Shown piece after piece: positions 54,125 through 63,135 of a DNA stretch of 64,000 nt. Source of the stretch: Bacteroidales bacterium (lineage in GTDB: Bacteria > Bacteroidota > Bacteroidia > Bacteroidales > WCHB1-69); contig JAGCUN010000012.1 in the NCBI GenBank assembly GCA_017962845.1, forward strand, positions 8,175-72,174. Reading direction: 5' to 3'. The translations under genes were made by a program, and so were the position numbers. Within the stretch, counting starts at the first letter, position 1; each line of letters begins with the position of its first letter. The notes beneath the pieces are model-generated. The model worked only from the letters and a program-made list of their open reading frames with translations, ran no database searches and was not told the origin of the DNA.

Positions 54125-55489
54125 ATGCTGTACAGGAAAATCACATCGTATATTGAAGACTATTTGAGGTCTGATACGGACAAGATTCTGATACTGGAAG
54201 GTGCCCGCCAGATTGGCAAGTCGTTCAGCATTCGTGAGGCGGGTGCAAGGTTGTACCCAAACTTTGTGGAGATTAACTTCGTAGAGGACGATGAGAATGA
54301 TCAGCTGTTCAAAAATATTCACAAAAAAGAGGATTTCTACCTTACTCTCAGCATGGTGGCTGGAGAAAAGTTGTCGAACCGCAATGATACGCTGGTGTTC
54401 CTTGACGAGATACAGCATTATCCACAGTACCTCACCATGCTGAAGTTTTTGCGCGAGGATGGCCGTTACCGCTATATTGCCAGCGGCAGTTTGCTGGGCA
54501 TAGCGTTGCAAGACACCACCTCTATCCCTGTGGGCAGCATCACCATCAAGCAGATGTACCAGCTTGATTTTGAGGAATTTATCATTGCCAATGGTTTCGG
54601 AACAGATGCCATTGCCCTGCTGCGGCATGCCTACGAGAGCTGTCAAAGTCTGACAGAGGAACATCACAACCGTGTGCTGGATTTGTTCCGTCGCTACCTG
54701 TTGGTGGGCGGAATGCCTGATGCGGTCAACACTTACCTTGACACGCACAACATTGTAAAGGTGCGCGAGGTACAGGAGGGTATCCGCAGCCTCTATGCCG
54801 CCGATGCCTCCAAATACGAGAAAGAGCATAGCAAGAAACTACTCATTCGCCGCATTTACGAAATGATTCCCTCGCAAATGGAGAACAAAAAGAAACGCAT
54901 TGTAGTTCAAGAGATACGGGGGAAGGAAGGGGATCGTTTTGCACAATACCAGCAGGAGTTCGAATATCTCGTTTCATCGGGCATCGCTTTGGCTGTCCAT
55001 GCCATTTCCAATCCGCATTTTCCATTGAGTGAGTCGTTGCATAAGAATCTGCTCAAACTTTATCTGAACGACGTGGGCCTGCTAACAGGTGTTCTCTTTC
55101 AGAATAATATCCGTTCCGTTCTCGCTGATGTGCGGAGCATCAATCTGGGAAGTGTTTACGAAAGCGTGGTCGCGCAGGAACTCCGTGCCCATGGACACAA
55201 ACTTTTCTATTACGATAACCGCAAGCAAGGCGAGGTTGATTACCTGATTGATAACCATAACGCCATGAGTGCCTATCCGATAGAAGTTAAGTCAGGAAAG
55301 GACTACACCGTACACAGTGCTCTCAACAATCTACTGAAGAACCCTGACTATAACATCCATGCGGCTGTGGTTTTTTCCAATGAACGAAGAATGTACAGGG
55401 AGGGGAAGGTCACCTATATGCCGGTTTATTTCGTGATGTTCATAGGAGCCGCAACCGCTGATGCGGAAAGATCGGAATATCTTTTCTGA
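54125..55489 (+). CDS. AAA-type ATPase with DUF4143-like C-terminal domain
   Basis: Walker A-like LEGARQIGKS, Walker B LVFLDEIQ, and a C-terminal PD-(D/E)xK-like segment GEVDYLID..YPIEVKSG, typical of the AAA_14/DUF4143 family. Confidence 0.8.
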   Translation: MLYRKITSYIEDYLRSDTDKILILEGARQIGKSFSIREAGARLYPNFVEINFVEDDENDQLFKNIHKKEDFYLTLSMVAGEKLSNRNDTLVFLDEIQHYPQYLTMLKFLREDGRYRYIASGSLLGIALQDTTSIPVGSITIKQMYQLDFEEFIIANGFGTDAIALLRHAYESCQSLTEEHHNRVLDLFRRYLLVGGMPDAVNTYLDTHNIVKVREVQEGIRSLYAADASKYEKEHSKKLLIRRIYEMIPSQMENKKKRIVVQEIRGKEGDRFAQYQQEFEYLVSSGIALAVHAISNPHFPLSESLHKNLLKLYLNDVGLLTGVLFQNNIRSVLADVRSINLGSVYESVVAQELRAHGHKLFYYDNRKQGEVDYLIDNHNAMSAYPIEVKSGKDYTVHSALNNLLKNPDYNIHAAVVFSNERRMYREGKVTYMPVYFVMFIGAATADAERSEYLF

Positions 55490-55506
55490 CCTCAAAGACT
55501 CAGGAA

Positions 55507-55739
55507 TTTTACCATTTGCAGCGCAAAATTTTATCCCTCACAGCCAAAATGTGAACCCTCACAGGAAAAATTTTTTGTGAAGGCTGAAGGGAATATTTTG
55601 CGTTTGGGATGGTAATGTGTTAATAATCAATGTATTATAAAATAATATTTAAAAGGGGTTTGTAAGAGGATAAATGTGGGTTTGTGAAGGAATAAAACGG
55701 TGTTTTGTGAAAATGTTGTAAGGGAATTGAGTATCTTTG
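55507..55739. promoter_or_regulatory. Bidirectional regulatory module, copy 2 (minus-strand -7 box degenerate)
   Basis: TTTATCCCTCACA (55530-), GTGAACCCTCACAG, direct repeats TTTGTAAGAGGATAAA (55659-55674) and TTTGTGAAGGAATAAA (55681-55696), and TATCTTTG (55732-55739). Confidence 0.6.
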
Positions 55740-55763
55740 CGTCCTCATTCAAATATTGCTTCA

Positions 55764-56831
55764 ATGAAAAAACACCTGAAAACGATTGTCATCATTTTGC
55801 TGAATATCCTGCTCTGCGCCATAATGCTATGGTTTTATGTTAGGAATTCATACCTGCGCCCTTTTTCTGGCAGTTTTCTCAAAGAAGTCATTTCTGGACT
55901 TCTATTATTGGGTTCTTTATATTTCAATCACTTCCTGCTTTGTCCGTTGATTTACAAAAAAAATTCTTATTTTATCTACTGGTTACTTGTCACTCTTATG
56001 GCGATAGTAATTGGTGGAGTAGATCTTGCTATGGCATATTCTTATATAAAATCTCATAATGTAGCACTTATTGAATGTTTTGGTCACTTCAAGTTCTTCT
56101 CTAAAGTTCTTTTCTTTACCATTGGCCGTAACCTTGCATTGAACTTTTTCCCATATCTGTTCAGAGAGCGTCAGCAGTTGCGACAGTCATTGGAGAAAGA
56201 GGTGCAGGTGGTTTACCGAGATGTCCGGAAAATTGATGTCACCGACAAGGACAGCAATGTTCAGCTGGTCTCCATTGACGACATTTTCTACTGCGAACAG
56301 CAACGGAATTTCACCACAATTCACACTGTGCAAAATGAAAAATACACACGATTGGGTTCCATGAAACATCTGGAGCAACTGCTCGGCGAGGAGGAGTTCG
56401 TCCGCATCACGACCACCCTGCTGGTGCCGTTCCAGTACATCCAATCGTGCAAAGACAACCTCGTGTTGATGAGGCAAATGCCGTGGCAAAAGGTCCCCAC
56501 TACCTTCCCGTTGGAAGCCCGTACGCAGACAGAGGTGACCGAAAAGATTGCTAAAGTCCTTTCGCAGAGGGAGGTTGTTTTGGACGAAAATAAAATCCAG
56601 GAGGCTCCCACTTCCTCCACCGCCAGGCGGAAACCGGCATTGCCCGCTGAAGAGAAGGTCAGGGAGGTACTTTCCTTCATAGAAGCCCATTCCAACTGCA
56701 ACACGGCGGACATCATGGCCGAAACGGACTTTTCGTTGAGCACCGTGGAGCGCTGTCTCGCTGAGCTCAAGAAACGAGGGGCAATCCAGTACACCGGCAG
56801 CAAAAAGAGCGGCGGGTACAGCAGGGTGTGA
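55764..56831 (+). CDS. Receiver-less membrane LytTR-domain regulator with extra C-terminal winged-helix domain, paralog 2
   Basis: About 4 TM helices, then a LytTR-like domain (VSIDDIFYCEQQRNFTTIHT..RLGSMKHLEQLL..FVRITTTLLV), a linker and a wHTH (VLSFIEAHSNCNTADIMAETDFSLSTVERCLAELKKRGAI). Confidence 0.75.
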   Translation: MKKHLKTIVIILLNILLCAIMLWFYVRNSYLRPFSGSFLKEVISGLLLLGSLYFNHFLLCPLIYKKNSYFIYWLLVTLMAIVIGGVDLAMAYSYIKSHNVALIECFGHFKFFSKVLFFTIGRNLALNFFPYLFRERQQLRQSLEKEVQVVYRDVRKIDVTDKDSNVQLVSIDDIFYCEQQRNFTTIHTVQNEKYTRLGSMKHLEQLLGEEEFVRITTTLLVPFQYIQSCKDNLVLMRQMPWQKVPTTFPLEARTQTEVTEKIAKVLSQREVVLDENKIQEAPTSSTARRKPALPAEEKVREVLSFIEAHSNCNTADIMAETDFSLSTVERCLAELKKRGAIQYTGSKKSGGYSRV

Positions 56832-56836
56832 ATAAT

Positions 56837-58078
56837 TTAATTTTCAAGAAAATAGTCGCATACATTCATTACAAACATTCCATTGTTCAGTCTATGTGCA
56901 GGAATGGTGTCATTGGTTAAAATCACTTTCTTGAAAGAGTCGTCAATTAGCTTTAAAGAGCGTTCCTCTTGCTGTTGTTTTTCGGCATCAGGAAGGGAAA
57001 AGGCACTTTGAACATAGAGTCGGTCGTTGTCCTTATTGCAGACAAAATCCACCTCAAATGTGTTTCGTACGGTTTTTCCGTCCTTGTCTTTTGTGTATTG
57101 TTCAATTACCCCGACATCCACACTGTATCCATAGTGAATCAAGTGGTTGAATATGATGTTCTCCATTACATGAGTGGGTTCTACCTGTCTGAAATCAAGG
57201 GCTGAATTCCTCAGTCCAATGTCAGAAAAATAGTACTTGCAGGGAGTGTCGATGTATTTCTTTCCTTTAATGTCGTAGCGGATAGTTTTTTTTAAGAGAA
57301 AAGAATCTTCAAAGTAATCAATGTATTGTTTGATAGTCCATGAATTTATAGAAACATTTTTCTCGCTTTTGAAAGTGTTGGACAGTTTGGTAGGATTCGT
57401 CAAAGATCCGATATTGGATGCCAGTATGTTGAAAAGGTCAGACAGTTCCGCGTCATTCTTCACCTTGTTTCTTCCTATGATGTCTGTCAAATAAGTCTCT
57501 TTAACTAATGCGTGCAACATTTCCCGCTTGATGGGAGCATTGGTTTCGCTCACAACCAAAGGAATGCCGCCATAATACATATATTCTTTCCAAACGGAGG
57601 TTATTTCTCCTCCTTTTTCCAAATATATCTCCTTAAAAGTAAGTGGGTTGACATTGACTTGCACTCCGCGTCCCCTAAATTCAGTCACGATGTCGGAGGA
57701 TAAAAATTTCGCATTGCTGCCTGTGACATACACGTCGAGATTGTCAATGTGCAGAAAACCGTTCAGTACATCCACAAACCTGTCAAGCATTTGCACCTCA
57801 TCAATGAAAACGTAATGCATCTCCTTGTCGTTTGCAGAGGCTTCTTTAATGAATCGATACATTTTTTCCGCATCACGGTATTCGCTGAAGGCAAAATCGT
57901 CCAAGGGGATTTCGATGATGTGATGGGCGGTCACACCGCTTTCAAGGAGGTGGCGTTTGAAAAGGTTGAACAGCAAATAGGACTTCCCAACACGTCGAAG
58001 TCCGGTCACTACTTTGATTAAGTGGTTGTGCTTGTATGCCTCCAGTTTCTGAATGTAATGTTCTCTCTTGAATTCCAT
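56837..58078 (-). CDS. AAA-type ATPase with DUF4143-like C-terminal domain (second, divergent copy)
   Basis: Walker A GLRRVGKSYLL, Walker B YVFIDEVQ, C-terminal FEVDFVC..LYVQSA motif. ATG at 58078. Confidence 0.8.
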   Translation of the reverse strand: MEFKREHYIQKLEAYKHNHLIKVVTGLRRVGKSYLLFNLFKRHLLESGVTAHHIIEIPLDDFAFSEYRDAEKMYRFIKEASANDKEMHYVFIDEVQMLDRFVDVLNGFLHIDNLDVYVTGSNAKFLSSDIVTEFRGRGVQVNVNPLTFKEIYLEKGGEITSVWKEYMYYGGIPLVVSETNAPIKREMLHALVKETYLTDIIGRNKVKNDAELSDLFNILASNIGSLTNPTKLSNTFKSEKNVSINSWTIKQYIDYFEDSFLLKKTIRYDIKGKKYIDTPCKYYFSDIGLRNSALDFRQVEPTHVMENIIFNHLIHYGYSVDVGVIEQYTKDKDGKTVRNTFEVDFVCNKDNDRLYVQSAFSLPDAEKQQQEERSLKLIDDSFKKVILTNDTIPAHRLNNGMFVMNVCDYFLEN

Positions 58079-58251
58079 TTGGAAAATATTTTTGTGTATA
58101 TACACAATTTTAGTTTGCAAAAATACAAAAAAAAAGAGAGAGAAGATGTCTTTGGATTTTTTTTATAAAAAAAAGAAGCGGAACAGCAACTGTCCCGCTT
58201 CCATCGCATACATTTCGCCAATTACTTGCATTCAAGCATGGCTTTCAACCG

Positions 58252-59676
58252 TTATTCTTTTACGAATTTGGCTTCCATGGTGCCGTTCTCCGAATCAATC
58301 TTCAGAAGATAGAGTCCAGCTGCAAAATGGCTTATGTCTAAAGTGAAGTCGCTGTCGTTCACTCTCTTTTTATGAATAAGTTGTCCGTTGGCATTGTAAA
58401 CGGAGATTGTGTTGATGCGGCTGTCGCCCTCGATGCGAATTTGGTCAGAGGCCGGATTCGGGTACATTCTCACAGTGGCGATGAGTTCGGTGCCGACACC
58501 GCTGCCGTTGGGACCGAAAACGGTGTAATAGCCCCAAGTGAAGCATCCCGGATCATTGGCTTCTTGCACCATCACAGAATAGGTGCCGATAGGCAGGTTG
58601 GAAATGGTGGCGGTCTCAGCGCCGGTGTTCCATGTGTAGAGGTAGGGCGGATTGCCGGAGGTGACGGTGGCCGTGGCACTTCCCGTGCCGGAATAGATGG
58701 AATAGGAATCGGAGTTCGTACCAGTAACGGTGACGGCGATGTTGCAGCCGGCAGGATTGACGGTGAAGTTGCCGACCTTCTGGCAGGCATTGGCATCGGT
58801 AACCGTGACATAGTAGCTGGTGGGTATCAGTCCGGTGATGGTCTGGGTGGTTTCAAGGTTGCTCCAGAGGTATTGGTAAGGTGCGGTGCCGCCGTTGGGG
58901 GTGGCGGTAGCGGTGCCGTCCATGGCACCGACGGAGGTTTCGTGCGTGCCGCTCATGGTCACATTGAAGCCTTCACAACTGGGCATGTTGAAGACGATGC
59001 CGTCGATGTAGAACTCGCTGCCAGCCACCGGTGCGGGAAGTCCCAGCTGCGAGGGGGTGGGCATCCCCGGAGCGATGGCGGAGTAGTCGGGGATGGAGCC
59101 GACGCTGGAGCAGATGAAAATGCTCATCTTGTCGGGCTGCTGGGTGGTGGAATATACAAAGGGAATGTTCACATGCGTCCACTCCTCCACGGTGCTGTTC
59201 ACCTCGAAGTAGCACTCGCCCACGAGGTCGTCTTCGTCGGTAGCGGCATTGTACTTGGTGAGTTCCACTTGGAAGCAGCACGCATCATCGCCCATCGGTT
59301 TCGCTTTGTACAGGAAATCCACTGATACGGGGCGTTTGTTATAGGCCACACCGCCATCTCCGACGGAACCCAGCTGGATGAAGCCGCCGACAGGATTGGG
59401 GAAGGGTAGGGGCAGAAACAGCAGCCTGAAGTTCTCGCATTCCGGACAGCTTCCTGTCACCAATTTCAAAGAGGCGGAGCCCTCTCCGGGAGAGGCGGTC
59501 TCCTTGAATACAGTCTGTGCACCGCCGCCGTCCATCGATAGGTCGTTGGAAGAGGTCCATCCTACGGGCTCAATGCCATTCCAGTTCTCAAAATTCAAGT
59601 TGGTGGGATCGTTCTGGGCGTGTGATGCCATTGCAAAAAATGCAAGGAACGCCATGAATAGGCTAAATTTTTTCAT
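58252..59676 (-). CDS. T9SS cargo protein with two SprB-type repeats and a CTD
   Basis: Signal peptide. Repeats GTATATPNGGTAPYQYLWSN...VTVTDANAC and SATATVTSGNPPYLYTWNTG. CTD MYPNPASDQIRIEG... Confidence 0.75.
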   Translation of the reverse strand: MKKFSLFMAFLAFFAMASHAQNDPTNLNFENWNGIEPVGWTSSNDLSMDGGGAQTVFKETASPGEGSASLKLVTGSCPECENFRLLFLPLPFPNPVGGFIQLGSVGDGGVAYNKRPVSVDFLYKAKPMGDDACCFQVELTKYNAATDEDDLVGECYFEVNSTVEEWTHVNIPFVYSTTQQPDKMSIFICSSVGSIPDYSAIAPGMPTPSQLGLPAPVAGSEFYIDGIVFNMPSCEGFNVTMSGTHETSVGAMDGTATATPNGGTAPYQYLWSNLETTQTITGLIPTSYYVTVTDANACQKVGNFTVNPAGCNIAVTVTGTNSDSYSIYSGTGSATATVTSGNPPYLYTWNTGAETATISNLPIGTYSVMVQEANDPGCFTWGYYTVFGPNGSGVGTELIATVRMYPNPASDQIRIEGDSRINTISVYNANGQLIHKKRVNDSDFTLDISHFAAGLYLLKIDSENGTMEAKFVKE

Positions 59677-59767
59677 TACTCTTTTTTTGATTGATATTAA
59701 TGTGATGTTTGCTCAATTCACGTTACAAACGTTACAAATGCAGCGACTGGCTGACAAATTTCAGCGG

Positions 59768-59956
59768 CAAAATTACCATTTGCAGAGCAATATTTAATCC
59801 CTCATAGCAGGAATGTGAACCCTCACAGCAAAAATGTGACCACCTGCTTCAATGAAGCTGTTATGTGGATTTGTAATAAATTGTGAATCAAATTTTTATA
59901 AAAACAAAATGGATAGGGCTTGTGAGGGAATAAATGAAATTATGTGAAGGGATAGA
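59768..59956. promoter_or_regulatory. Regulatory module, copy 3 (no LytTR gene follows)
   Basis: Minus-strand -7 box TAATTTTG (59768-59775), TTTAATCCCTCATA, GTGAACCCTCACAG, and direct repeats CTTGTGAGGGAATAAA (59919-59934) and TATGTGAAGGGATAGA (59941-59956). Confidence 0.6.
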
Positions 59957-60003
59957 TGAAAATCAGGAAGGTGATTTCTCCCGTTTTCAGTTTTCAATTC
60001 TCA

Positions 60004-60031
60004 CTTTTAACTTTTAACTTTTAACTTTTAA
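60004..60031. repeat. Tandem heptamer (CTTTTAA)x4
   Basis: Four perfect units just 3' of the FAH-family gene's stop codon. Confidence 0.9.
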
Positions 60032-60039
60032 CTCCCCCC

Positions 60040-60651
60040 TTACTTCACCCTGAAATTTAGCATCCTCCGGTCCTCAATCCACCCCTCTAACAGGTCGTTG
60101 ATGGCCACTTTCCCCACCCCTTTCGGCGTGCCGGTGAAGATGATGTCGCCGGTCTTCAGCGTGAAAAACTGCGAAGCGTAGGAGATGATCTGGTCGATGG
60201 AAAACAACATCTCACCACTGTTGCCGCTCTGCACCGTCGTGCCATTTATGTTGAGGTGGAAATTGATATTGTTGAGGTCTGCAAATTTTTCTTTTTCAAT
60301 AAATTGACTAATGATAGCAGAGCCATCAAACGCTTTGGCGATCTCCCACGGATTGCCTTCCTCTATGCAATTTTTTTGCAGATCCCGCGCCGTGAAGTCG
60401 ATGCCCAAACCGATCTCATGGTAGTAGGTATGGGCAAATTTTTCCTGGATGTATTTCCCCACCTTGTCGATGCGGACCAGGAGCTCCACTTCATACTCAA
60501 TCTGTTGCGAGAAGTCGGGCAGAAAGAACGGACGGTTGCGGGTGATGACCGACGAGTCGGGCTTCAGAAATAGGGTCGGTTGCTCGGGGACTTTGTGTCC
60601 CAACTCTTTGATATGAGGCAAGTAATTTCTTCCTACACAGATGATTTTCAT
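60040..60651 (-). CDS. Fumarylacetoacetate hydrolase (FAH) family protein
   Basis: MKIICVGRNYLPHIKELG N-terminus, E..E..D metal-site spacing, GDIIFTGTPKGVG. Confidence 0.85.
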   Translation of the reverse strand: MKIICVGRNYLPHIKELGHKVPEQPTLFLKPDSSVITRNRPFFLPDFSQQIEYEVELLVRIDKVGKYIQEKFAHTYYHEIGLGIDFTARDLQKNCIEEGNPWEIAKAFDGSAIISQFIEKEKFADLNNINFHLNINGTTVQSGNSGEMLFSIDQIISYASQFFTLKTGDIIFTGTPKGVGKVAINDLLEGWIEDRRMLNFRVK

Positions 60652-60654
60652 ATT

Positions 60655-61317
60655 TTACTTTTTAATTTTCTGACTATGAACGATGTACGAGTCTTTTGGG
60701 GCGATGTCAGTTCGGTATTCGAAACGGTCGAAGTTTTGGAACCCGTATGCCATTAATTGCTCCACGCTCCATGTCCTGTCATCGTCGGTGTTGTAGTTGG
60801 GGATGAGCGGCACCCGTATCATCACCTGCTGGGTGGGGAAGTTCTGGGACAGATATTTCAGATTGTCCAACAGCAAATCAACAGGTCTTTCAGTATAGTT
60901 CTGATAAATATTGGGATGTAAATCCTTGATGTCCACGATGAAGTAGTCGGCAACGGGCAGTACGGATTTCAGGTTCTCTGTCGGCACGTAGAGTGAAGTT
61001 TCTAAGGTGAGTTGCCAGTCGGGACCGCACAACTCGCGGAAGCGGACGATGAAATCGGAGCGTATCAGAGGCTCGCCGCCGCCGAAGCACACCCCGCCAT
61101 GGGTGGCCAAAAAGTAGAGCTGGTCGATGCGCACCTCCTCATAGAGCTGCTCGGGGGTGAGCGTGCGGCAGACTTCCACCAGACCGTGACAGCTGGGGTT
61201 GAGGCAGTATTTGCACTGCAGCGGACAACCGTGGAAAGCCGCCAGCGTAGTCACCCCCTCGCCGTCGATGCCGATGCGGTGCCGCATAATGCCGATGAAA
61301 GGAGCCGGGGTGGTCAT
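60655..61317 (-). CDS. Radical SAM protein, glycyl-radical-activase-like (small)
   Basis: DGEGVTTLAAFHGCPLQCKYCLNP gives the CX3CX2C cluster. GGGEPL SAM-binding motif. Confidence 0.8.
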   Translation of the reverse strand: MTTPAPFIGIMRHRIGIDGEGVTTLAAFHGCPLQCKYCLNPSCHGLVEVCRTLTPEQLYEEVRIDQLYFLATHGGVCFGGGEPLIRSDFIVRFRELCGPDWQLTLETSLYVPTENLKSVLPVADYFIVDIKDLHPNIYQNYTERPVDLLLDNLKYLSQNFPTQQVMIRVPLIPNYNTDDDRTWSVEQLMAYGFQNFDRFEYRTDIAPKDSYIVHSQKIKK

Positions 61318-61320
61318 GGT

Positions 61321-61827
61321 TTAAAGAGTGTCGGAAACTACAGAGTCGTTCTCGGGTAACTGCGGAGTGGAGGGTACTATCTCCACTTCACCCAATACAT
61401 ATTTAACTTTATCATCCTGATCCCTATCGTATACCCACTCTGTCTCAATAATTCCTTCGTCATCATAATCAAAAATTCCGCCTTGTCTAGGAATGCTGTC
61501 GGAGGGTTCAGAGGGTTCATTGTTATCAAGAATGGTTTCAGAAGAGGTGGGAGTGGGTGCTTCTGGCGAAGTGGGCGTAGAGGAGTGGCATCCGCTCATC
61601 AGCATTCCGCCAAGCACGATGCCGGTGGTGATGACCGCTTTGCCCAATTGACTTTTCTTTTGGAGCTCGTTTTCCAGATATCGCACTTCCGCCTCGCAGC
61701 GCGGACAGGTGCCGCGGCAGTCGCCATCGTAGGTGCATTCCCTCATTTCTAAAGGGATGTCGTTCTTGTGGGCGATTTCCTGCCGAATTTCTTTCAGGAT
61801 TTTACAGGTTGCTTTTCCTCTTTTCAT
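61321..61827 (-). CDS. Cys-rich single-pass membrane protein adjacent to the radical SAM gene
   Basis: N-terminal CTYDGDCRGTCPRCE (C-x5-C-x3-C-x2-C), TM/lipobox-like segment LMSGCHS, then a Pro/Ser/Thr-rich and acidic tail. A 3-nt gap separates it from the rSAM gene. Confidence 0.55.
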   Translation of the reverse strand: MKRGKATCKILKEIRQEIAHKNDIPLEMRECTYDGDCRGTCPRCEAEVRYLENELQKKSQLGKAVITTGIVLGGMLMSGCHSSTPTSPEAPTPTSSETILDNNEPSEPSDSIPRQGGIFDYDDEGIIETEWVYDRDQDDKVKYVLGEVEIVPSTPQLPENDSVVSDTL

Positions 61828-61860
61828 GACGATGTTATTTTTTTTGTTGCAAAAATACGA

Positions 61861-63129
61861 TTATTTTTCAGATTTTGAACCATATACCAATTCCACAAGG
61901 TTGTAAAGCAACAGATAGTCAATCATGTTGACTTCCCCCGTGTCTGCCGTGCGCCACGGACAAAACAACGACAAGCAGTGCCATGGCGGAGTGTTACGCA
62001 CGGTTTTCCCGTCAACAGAATGAGTGATACGGCCATCCATTGGCGCACTGTTGAGGTATGCATCGTATTGCTCGCGCGGCAGCAGCTCTTTTCCCTCTTT
62101 CCCATAGATAACCAAATTGATGAGGGGTAGGTGAGGGAAGACAAGTTCTTGTTGTAAATCAGGTCGTTTGCGTACAATCTTGTCGCAACTTTTCACCAGC
62201 CAGGCGTAACAGTCTTTGCCGCTCCCGGCGTCGTTCATCACCGCCGACATCGACAAGATGCCGTACCACCGGAAGTTGCCGGTTTTCGAGATGAACATGT
62301 TATCCTGTACCAATTTCCAGGTGCTCCGTCCCGCATTTTCCTTCTTCGTCCCCGCCGTTGTTGCTCCACTCAAGAGGTCACTTATCGTCAAATGGGCGTA
62401 TTGTAACCAAATTAGATCCATTCTCGGTTGTATCTCATTGTTGGTTACAGGGTTAATGATAGACCAATTCTCTTTTTCCCCCTCTTTATTTTGCATGAAA
62501 GACACCATTCTTTGGCTTATCTCTGCCACTTTTTGGCATAGTTCAGCGTCATCTACCAACTTTTGTACCAAGGCGAAGCCGATGTAACTGCCCCATGCTT
62601 GGTCTTGTGATGGGGAGTTCCGTCTGCTGTCGGTTTGGCCGCCTTGGGCCACGTAGTCGCTGTTGATCCATTGCACGTTGAAGCGGGAGGTGTCATCGCG
62701 CGACACGTCATCGCGGAGGTAGAAGCCGTTGGGGTGTGTGAAGGTGTCGCTCCCCCAGCATTTCTCCGCCTCTAAATCCAGTCGGTCATATACCTGCAGG
62801 GCGCATCGAAGTTCCTTCAGGGTGGCATCGGTGGATTGCCCCTCCTGTCGCAAACGGGCATACTCCGTGGCCAGCAGCGCCACGTAGTGTCCCTGCCACC
62901 AAACCCCGTCGCACCAGTATCCGGTTCTTCCGTAACGAGACTGATAGATCCGTTCCATCGGTAGTGAGGTGCCGCGCTCCATCCCATCGCCTGTATAGTA
63001 CATAAATTCAGTGCGTAAGCGCTCCCTCAGCAGGTTGTACTTCTCCTCGTTGGATAGGGTTGATTGTGCCAAAATCTGGCATAAACTACCGCAAAAAATG
63101 GCCAGCAAGAAGAGGATTTTTTTCAGCAT
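61861..63129 (-). CDS. Secreted hypothetical protein (422 aa)
   Basis: Signal peptide MLKKILFLLAIFCGSLCQILAQ. No motif I can assign. Confidence 0.55.
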   Translation of the reverse strand: MLKKILFLLAIFCGSLCQILAQSTLSNEEKYNLLRERLRTEFMYYTGDGMERGTSLPMERIYQSRYGRTGYWCDGVWWQGHYVALLATEYARLRQEGQSTDATLKELRCALQVYDRLDLEAEKCWGSDTFTHPNGFYLRDDVSRDDTSRFNVQWINSDYVAQGGQTDSRRNSPSQDQAWGSYIGFALVQKLVDDAELCQKVAEISQRMVSFMQNKEGEKENWSIINPVTNNEIQPRMDLIWLQYAHLTISDLLSGATTAGTKKENAGRSTWKLVQDNMFISKTGNFRWYGILSMSAVMNDAGSGKDCYAWLVKSCDKIVRKRPDLQQELVFPHLPLINLVIYGKEGKELLPREQYDAYLNSAPMDGRITHSVDGKTVRNTPPWHCLSLFCPWRTADTGEVNMIDYLLLYNLVELVYGSKSEK

Positions 63130-63135
63130 ACTGTG

